Part shown: positions 25,301 through 34,300 of the stretch, one piece after another
How positions within the stretch are numbered: position 1 is the first letter of the stretch
Layout: each line of letters opens with the position of its first letter
DNA from: Gnetum montanum
Lineage: Eukaryota > Plantae > Gnetophyta
Direction of reading: 5' to 3'
Assembly: GCA_015680685.1 (NCBI GenBank)
Contig: MNCI01003262.1
Span: 94,020 to 158,019, forward strand
Length of the DNA stretch: 64,000 bases
Program-made: the position numbers and the translations under genes
Notes under the pieces: model-generated
The model's database searches: none
Seen by the model: only the letters and a program-made list of their open reading frames with translations
Told to the model about the DNA's origin: nothing

Positions 25301-28300
25301 TCCAACTGCCGTTGTCTCTACTCTTCTTCCTCCGTAAGCCGGGCCCTCTCCTCCTGCTGTCGCTGTCTTCGAGACTCAGCCTCCTGCGCGAGCTCCTCCC
25401 TCACCTGGGCTCTGATTTCATCAATGAGCCGAGCCCTGGCAGCGTCAGCNTGAGGGTCAACCCGTCCTGTCGCGCGGGGGGCGCCACTCCCTTGGGGTCC
25501 TACGGCCCCGAGTGACGCCAGCACCCCAAGGGCTCGAACTCTCCACCCCCCCGAGGGCCAGGGGGGGCGTCGCTCCCCCGGGGTCTTGGGGGGGCATCTC
25601 GTCAAGACCCCCTGGGGGGGCAGAGGAGGAGGGTTGCTGCCCCCCCTCCGCCCCCCGCCACAGAGCCAGAATCACACCCGAATGCCAACCCCGACGCTTG
25701 AGGTGGAGGGCCTCCTTAAAATAGAGGGGGAGGTTGACCTGGNNNNNNNNNNNNNNNNNNNNNNNNNNNNNNNNNNNNNNNNNNNNNNNNNNNNNNNNNN
25801 NNNNNNNNNNNNNNNNNNNNNNNNNNNNNNNNNNNNNNNNNNNNNNNNNNNNNNNNNNNNNNNNNNNNNNNNNNNNNNNNNNNNNNNNNNNNNNNNNNNN
25901 NNNNNNNNNNNNNNNNNNNNNNNNNNNNNNNNNNNNNNNNNNNNNNNNNNNNNNNNNNNNNNNNNNNNNNNNNNNNNNNNNNNNNNNNNNNNNNNNNNNN
26001 NNNNNNNNNNNNNNNNNNNNNNNNNNNNNNNNNNNNNNNNNCTCTACGTCCTGGAGGCCGTGGGTTGAGGGTAAGATGGTCTCCCCAGCGATGGGGGCCC
26101 CCAGACAGCTGGCAATCGCTGCCTTCGTGACCCAGATCTCCCGCCCCTTGAAGAAGGTACGGTCGTTGACCCAGTTTGAAAAGAAAGCATCATCTGCCAA
26201 ATCTGGGTCCCCCACCAGTCGCTGTAGAGGGACAGCCCACCCACATTGAACCACCAACCTCCAGAGCTACTTGAATTCCTGAAAGGCGACGCAGTTTGGT
26301 TCGAATGTGGGTGTTTTTCCCATGGCGCTTTCAATTTCTTGCCACGCGAGAGATGCCTGCCAGACCAGCCGCTGTGGAGGNNNNNNNNNNNNNNNNNNNN
26401 NNNNNNNNNNNNNNNNNNNNNNNNNNNNNNNNNNNNNNNNNNNNNNNNNNNNNNNNNNNNNNNNNNNNNNNNNNNNNNNNNNNNNNNNNNNNNNNNNNNN
26501 NNNNNNNNNNNNNNNNNNNNNNNNNNNNNNNNNNNNNNNNNNNNNNNNNNNNNNNNAGTTTCTGCCGCACCCCCGCATGTCGGACACGTGTCCGTATTGA
26601 TCATCTCGTGCCGCCTTAACAAAGATCTGACAGGCAACGCGTCGTGCTGCAGCAGCCAAATGAAGAATTTAATTTTTTCAGGCAGCCTTCCGCTCCAGAT
26701 CTGTCGCCATGTGTCATAGCGTGGATATTTTTCCGCCATAATGGCTCTGGGCTCGAGGCTTGCCCAGCCCGAGGCTTGCATGTCGCGTGCGTGTCTAGCC
26801 ACCGCCTGCCACGACTTGGAGTCCCGCGCCGTCGCCTCCCAGCGGATGTATTTATGGCGAATAATATTAATCCATGGGACCGGGTCCCGATGCGGCCGCG
26901 AGAGCCAGAGAACGAGCCGTTGCCGCCCGAGCATCAACTCGTCCTCGAACGTCGTGATGCCCAGGCCGCCAGCACCGCGTGGGCGGCGCGCCACTTGCTC
27001 CCAACGGACCAAGTGCATCTTGCTCCCCCCTCTGCCCCCCAGACGAAGTGACGAACCAATGTATTGACGGCATTAATGACGGTACCGAGGGGTGGCCACC
27101 GCCGCCACAAAGCGCGCGGTGGCCATGAGGATCCCAGCGGCCACCAGTAGACGCCCTTTGTGGCTCAGGAATCTGTTAGCCCAATGGCTCGCCCTTTGCT
27201 CCATCTTTTCTAGCAGATGGCCCCACGCTGTGGTCCTTCCCCACCGGAAAAGGGGGATGCCCAGGTATGTGTCGTTGGGGGTCCCTGGTTGAATGTCCAG
27301 GGTTTGCGTCACCCTCGTTTTGATCTGCTCATCCACATTAACAAAGTAGGCCGCAGACTTAGCTCTGTTGACTTCCAACCCCAGTTCAGCGGCCAACCGA
27401 GATAGTGCCAAATTTATGCATCTGGCCTGTGGGACCGCCGCCCTGCTAAGCAGCATCGTGTCATTCGCATAATGTTCCGCCCGGAACGTCACCCCTGCGA
27501 TGCTAAGCCCGTCCACCTCGGAGGTACTACAGTAATGTTGCATTAGATCCATGGCAATAATGAAGAGGAGGGGGGAGAGTGGGTCCCCTTGCCTCAGCCC
27601 CCTCCCGGGGGATGCGAGGCCCCACAACCGCCCCCCCACATCAAAGGAGAACCCCGCCGAGGATTGCAGGTGAATGCACAACCGGGTGAACTGCGGGTCG
27701 AAGCCTTTTTGCTGCATGATGGACTGCAAAGCCTCCCAGCTCAGGGTGTCGTAAGCTTTCGTGATGTCCAGCTTGAGGCAGAGGCCAAGGAAGCCCGAGG
27801 TCCCAAGCGAGTGGAGCACCTCCTGCATGAGGAGGATCTGGTCTTGGATGACCCGTCCCTGCACAAAGCCTGCCTAGTTCTTTCCCACTAGCCTGGGCAT
27901 GAGCGGCGAAAGCCTATGCACCAACAATTTGGAGAAGATTCGGAGGATCACGTTGCATACTCCGATAGGGCGAAATTGCTCCGGCCATTGTGCGTCAACC
28001 TGCTTTGGGATGCACACAATTCGTGAGCAGTTTATCTCCCTACAGATCTGTCTCCGTCTCCTGGCCAGCATGAGGTTCAGCGCATCAAGCAGATTGGGGC
28101 CCACGATATCCAGGAATGTTTTGAAAAACTCGAGGGTCCATCCGTCAGGTCCAGGCGCTTTCCCTCCTGGCATGCTTTGGATCGTGGCCGTGAGTTCCTG
28201 CCAAGAGAAAGGGGCCAATAAACGAGCATTGTCCTGCGCGCCCAACACTCGTGGAACCGGGATCGAGACCGGCCTAGTGGGGTGTTTGGCCCAAATCCCT

Positions 28301-31300
28301 CCCCAGTATTGTGCCAGCATTTGTGCCATGCGTTGCGGGTCATCAACGATGTCCCCGTTCTGGTTTCGGAGACTTCTAGGCATGCCGCCCCCCCGCAACT
28401 TGGCCATGGCAAAGAAGAATCTGGTCTGCCGGTCTCCTTCCCTGATCCAGCGCACCCGGGAGCGCTGCCGCCAGTAGGTCTCCTCCTCCTGATCCAGGGC
28501 CTGTAGCTGCCACAGCGCACGTTGCTCCTCTGCATGGAGATCCTCCCCGGCCTCCTGCCAGGTTTGTATACGGCCGAGCTTGTCCCGAAGCTCACATAGA
28601 CCTGTTCGGAAGGAATACTTGTTAGCCACTGGCAGGCCCTTGATAGCCCATTTCAGCCGGAGTAGAGCTTCTCGTAGGAAGTTTCGGGGGTCCTCCTGGC
28701 CGGGCTGATAGTCCGTCCAGATCTCCTCCACCAACGGCTTCAACCAGAACTAACACTTACGCTCACTTGAATGCAGATGAAATAACACACAGAGATGCCA
28801 AAACAAATCATTTTATTGCACACACAATAGCATTTACAGAACTGAAAGGAATGCTTGCTCTGGAGTGAGACGCATCACATAACGATCTCTCTTTCAGTGA
28901 CGGAAAAAATGCTTAGTTTCTGAGCAATGAGCATCAAGAAACCGATATCTTCTCCTTACAACTACTTGCAGAAAAAACTCACACTTGCAGAAAACAAACT
29001 CACACTTGCAGACTACTCGACTCACTTATGCTACTTGCTTCCAGGATATTCTAACACACACACACACTGCTATTTATAGCTTACAAACTGCCTTACAATA
29101 ATGGATGCCAACTGGGACAATCTACTTTTCAAGATTCGGATCCACTTTAAGAGATTGTGGCAGACAACTTTTTCAGCGTGACGGAGGACTATTTGGCCCG
29201 AGGTCGATATCGTCTCCATCAAAATCGATTGCGTGGTTGTGGAACTCATCAGAGCTATAATCATATCGTCCGGGAGAACTGGAAAGCGTGCTGTCTGTAC
29301 TAGCATTGGATTCTATTGAGTGGAGTCCAGCTAGATAGATTTTGGACTCACTTCCCCCTGCAGCTCGATATTCATCAATACGATGGTCTTGGTAGTATAA
29401 TTCTAATGTGTACGGCACTTTTAGATGGATGTGATAGTGATGCTGGACATCATAAGCATTTGTTGTGTACACATCTTGGTAAAAAGCCTGTCCCCATGTG
29501 TTTTGCCAGTCTGTCCTTTTGGCGATGCATGTGACGAGAAAATAAACAGGACTGGAAGCCATATGAAGAAAATGCCATGCCATGGTAGTCGCACTTCCAT
29601 AGAATGCGAAATCACCATGATGATCAGCCAAATTTGCCCTGAGATATCCTGGATAATTGGGAGGAAGATGAACAGGGGCATGACCAAATTTTGGCCACCA
29701 GGACCAAAACATTTCGGAATCAGAGGATGACATTGTTTGAGGATTAAATTCAATTCGGTACATATGGAAATCACTAGGCTGATAATAGGGCCAGCTAAGA
29801 CAGTCAGTAGTGTACCAATTTTCGAAATCCAGATTATTGATTTTTACATCAGTGGCTAAATGGATGTAAGGAGCAGGAATAGTGGTTCTAGGATTTCGGA
29901 GAGCAGGTGAATTATAGGCTGTAAAGATCCTTTGCGTTATGGAGGACCCGGAAGGGTGTGCATTAGTGCGGGTACAGAATTCATCCCAATGTGCTTGATA
30001 CCGGCTAGTTTCAACAAAATACTGAGGGAAACTAAGAAAACGTTCATTAGGTAAACATGGACGTAAACGCCTAGAAGAACGAAGAGTCCATCCTTCGTCT
30101 CTTAATAATTCTGCACAATATTCAAACATTAGTAGAACCAGAGAATTGGAATTCTCTAGTTAAAAAATCTGCTAAACAATTTTTATGTCCTTCTACATAC
30201 TCACTATCAAATTCAAAGTTTGCTAAAAATAAACTCCATCGGATTAGCCGTGTATGAGCCACCTTTGAAAGGTTTTTGGATTGTAGATACTTATCAAAAT
30301 GTTTTAAATCACTCCTGACGATGAAACGTTGTGGTTGGAGGAATAAACGAAATTTTTCAATACCCTTAACAATGGCTAGAAGTTCTTTATGAGAATTGTG
30401 ATATTTCTGCTGTGCTTCATTGAACTTACCAGAAGCATATCTACAGATCCTGATCGTACGATTTTGCTCTTGTTTTAAGGTAGCGCCCCAAAAACACTCA
30501 GAGGCATCGGTTTCAAGGATAAACTTACCTTCGCCTGGGAGAAATAGTGGAGGTAATTCTTGGCAAGCTTGTTTGATCTTCTTGATAGCCTCAGTGCATG
30601 CATTGGTCCAAGGAGGAGAATGTTTTTGCAATAATATATTTAACACATCACGTTCCTTAGCTATATCCTTAAAGAAACCAGAAACATAGTTAATGCAACC
30701 TAAAAATCGTTGTATCTGGACCTTATTCTCTAAGATATCAGGAAACTTAATAATACTTTGTATTATATGCGGTTGTAATTTTATAGTACCAGTAGAGATT
30801 TCTAAACCTAAAAACTCTATGTTAGATTGTCCAATCTTCATCTTTGTTGGTGAGAGGACAAGACCGTTTTTATCTATGAGGTCAGAAAAAATGCGTAAAT
30901 GCTCTATATGTTCCTGTACAGATTTACTAAGGACTAAAATATCATCTATGTAGGCTAATATAAACGGATAAGAATGGAAAATGGAGTCCATCATCTTTTG
31001 GAAAATGGACGGTGCAGTTTTGATGCCGAACGGTAAGACATTCCATTCATATAATCCGCCGGGTACTGTGAATGCCGTTTTCCAACGATCAGATTGCTGG
31101 ACCTGGATCTGCCAAAACCCTGATTTTAAATCAAATTTGGAATAAATATTAGTATGTGGCAGTCTTTGAAACAAATCGTCTTTGTTTGGAATGGGATGTT
31201 GGACTGATTTAATAATATCATTCAGAGGTTTATAATAACCACTAAACGTTTTTTTCCTCTGACTAATTCGGCTCGTTTGTTTACAAAGAAAGCGGCACAA

Positions 31301-34300
31301 GCAAACATACTGGTGCTTGGTCGGATTAAACNNNNNNNNNNNNNNNNNNNNNNNNNNNNNNNNNNNNNNNNNNNNNNNNNNNNNNNNNNNNNNNNNNNNN
31401 NNNNNNNNNNNNNNNNNNNNNNNNNNNNNNNNNNNNNNNNNNNNNNNNNNNNNNNNNNNNNNNNNNNNNNNNNNNNNNNNNNNNNNNNNNNNNNNNNNNN
31501 NNNNNNNNNNNNNNNNNNNNNNNNNNNNNNNNNNNNNNNNNNNNNNNNNNNNNNNNNNNNNNNNNNNNNNNNNNNNNNNNNNNNNNNNNNNNNNNNNNNN
31601 NNNNNNNNNNNNNNNNNNNNNNNNNNNNNNNNNNNNNNNNNNNNNNNNNNNNNNNNNNNNNNNNNNNNNNNNNNNNNNNNNNNNNNNNNNNNNNNNNNNN
31701 NNNNNNNNNNNNNNNNNNNNNNNNNNNNNNNNNNNNNNNNNNNNNNNNNNNNNNNNNNNNNNNNNNNNNNNNNNNNNNNNNNNNNNNNNNNNNNNNNNNN
31801 NNNNNNNNNNNNNNNNNNNNNNNNNNNNNNNNNNNNNNNNNNNNNNNNNNNNNNNNNNNNNNNNNNNNNNNNNNNNNNNNNNNNNNNNNNNNNNNNNNNN
31901 NNNNNNNNNNNNNNNNNNNNNNNNNNNNNNNNNNNNNNNNNNNNNNNNNNNNNNNNNNNNNNNNNNNNNNNNNNNNNNNNNNNNNNNNNNNNNNNNNNNN
32001 NNNNNNNNNNNNNNNNNNNNNNNNNNNNNNNNNNNNNNNNNNNNNNNNNNNNNNNNNNNNNNNNNNNNNNNNNNNNNNNNNNNNNNNNNNNNNNTAGTTG
32101 GCTTTTTAACATAGAATATGTTGGATCTCTTTCATAGAGATCATCACTATCTGATTCTTCATTCATGTAAACATGATACATATATCCTGAAGAATCTGTG
32201 TCATAATCTACATTGCCTGGCTCGTTGGGGTAATCAGGAATATCTTCAAATTCCATTTCACTGGAATATTGATCTGAAGATTCTAAGTAAATATCTTCGT
32301 TTGAAAATGATAAGTCAGAATCATATGTTAGGAAAAAATCATCTTCCGTAATTTTCATTGTTTCAATGAAATTGATGCGTTGAGGATGATTATCCTTCTT
32401 TGGGCATTGGCTAGAATAATGCTTCCCTGAACAAATGAAACATCTGACTTCCTTGTTTTTATATGGCCCTTGTTTTCTTTTAAACATACCTTTAAAAGGT
32501 TTTTGTGGCCAATTCTTTCGTTTTATCTTAGGCTGGAATTTCCGTTTCCAAACCTTCTTTGGTTTCATGTATTTCTGTGATGTACGTTGTGTAGGTTTAC
32601 ATACACATGGCTCAGACTGTTGTTTTCTATTCCTAATTAATTGTCCAAAATTATCTTTAGGACACATTTCTAAACATAAATCTTTACCTATTTGTTTAGT
32701 TAGAGATCCTACTAATTTCTGTGTTTTTTGTTGGACACACAGATCCTTTGTGACTTTTTCAAGGAATTTGCGGCACTAAAACTCATTTCCTCGAGATCCT
32801 TTTCTTCATGCTGAAGTTGGGCTCGATAATAACTAGCAAAAGGCATTGGAAGACATCCTAACAGATGTTCTTTTGCACCTACGTCATGTATGAGTTTTCC
32901 ATAGTAATACCATTCTTCCATGATGTCAAGGAATGGAGACATGTCCTGAATTTTATGTAATCTTGAACTATAAAACAACGTCCTATATGCACTATCTCTA
33001 TCAGCTTTATTTCCTAAGAATTCTCATTAGCATTAATCTCTTCCTCCTCTTTTTTCCCTTTTTCAGATTTTGGAATTGTATGCATGGGTCGTCTTTTTGG
33101 TACATAAGTTGTCGTTGATTTCTTCTTTCCCTTAGGAGGAGTGATTGGTGGTGAATCTAAGTAAAGACCATCTAGATCTGTGGGGTCAAGTTTCTTTTCT
33201 TTACGCTTAGATTTTCCATTTTTCTGCTTAGGAACCCATATCTTATGCAAATCTTTTACGTCTTTTTGTACCTCTTTTACTTCTGCATATGTCATTAAGT
33301 TCTGGTCACTAACATAGGATAACTTATGGTTAGTCCAGTTGTGAAGTTTAATGACGTCAGAAGGTGGTTCTACGGATGGCTTATATTGCAACATGTGTAC
33401 TACTTCTTTTGGTTCTTCCGTATTCATGTTAATCCTTAATAACTCATCACATTCAACACACCTAATGTCATGATCTACCGTATGCAAATTTTTGTGTGTA
33501 CAACTTTGTGATGGTTTACTTGAGCATGATATATCATCGTCAGAACTGGATGTAGAGACATCTTCTAGAACTATTTTTCCTTTTTGATTTTCTTCTATGA
33601 TTGGTTTTTCTCCCTTCTGTTTAATGACTCTCCTAGGATCTAAAGTGATACCTAGTTCTTTGAATAATTTTCCCATTTTTTGGATTTTTTCTTTCTGTTC
33701 TTCATAAGAGGATTTCTTTTTAAACAGGAGTAATGGTTTTGTTGGTTTAACAGGTTTGGGAGCCAATGGATCATAAGGCAAGAGTTTTGGTGGATGTAAC
33801 TCTACATAGTATCTCCGAGATTTGGATGATGATATGAATAAAGACTTTTTAGGTCTTTTCTGCTCATAGTATTCTTCTAGCGGATCTTCTAGGTCTGGGA
33901 AGAGCCTATGGATCGGGAGATCCTCTGTATTAATTTGTGTCCTGTATTCTAAATTTGTTGAACCAACAGAGAGAGCTTGTTGGCCAAATGGTAGAAGTGT
34001 TTGAATACTAACTGAACTAAATAATTTAAAACTTAATCTAGTACCTATGGTACAATAAACACTACGATCTATAATGTCGATAGGAATATACGTAATAAGC
34101 ATTAAACTGTTAAATAAATGCGGATCAGAAAGTGAAAGGGTAAAGTTAGGAATAGTTATAATCAATGCGTCTGATACTAACCTACCTTTAGCCTGGGTTA
34201 TAATAGCTTCTTGAAACGATTTAAATCTCCTATCTATTAACGCAATCCAGTAAGGCTTTTTGAGTCGATAGTTGAAGTGGGGATGAAGGTGAATAGCAAT

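Noticed and set aside
26267-26269. Stop separating ORF2 from a distinct ORF3 in copy C
   Set aside because: Copies A and H have sense codons here, so this is copy-specific decay, unlike the TAG at 25318
27589-28595. Antisense or alternative-frame ORFs over GC-rich LINE DNA
   Set aside because: Shadow ORFs of ORF2 with no motifs
31277-32137. Long ORFs in the supplied track that span N runs (also 25586-26719 and 35862-36293)
   Set aside because: Length comes from assembly gaps and the frame across a gap is unreliable
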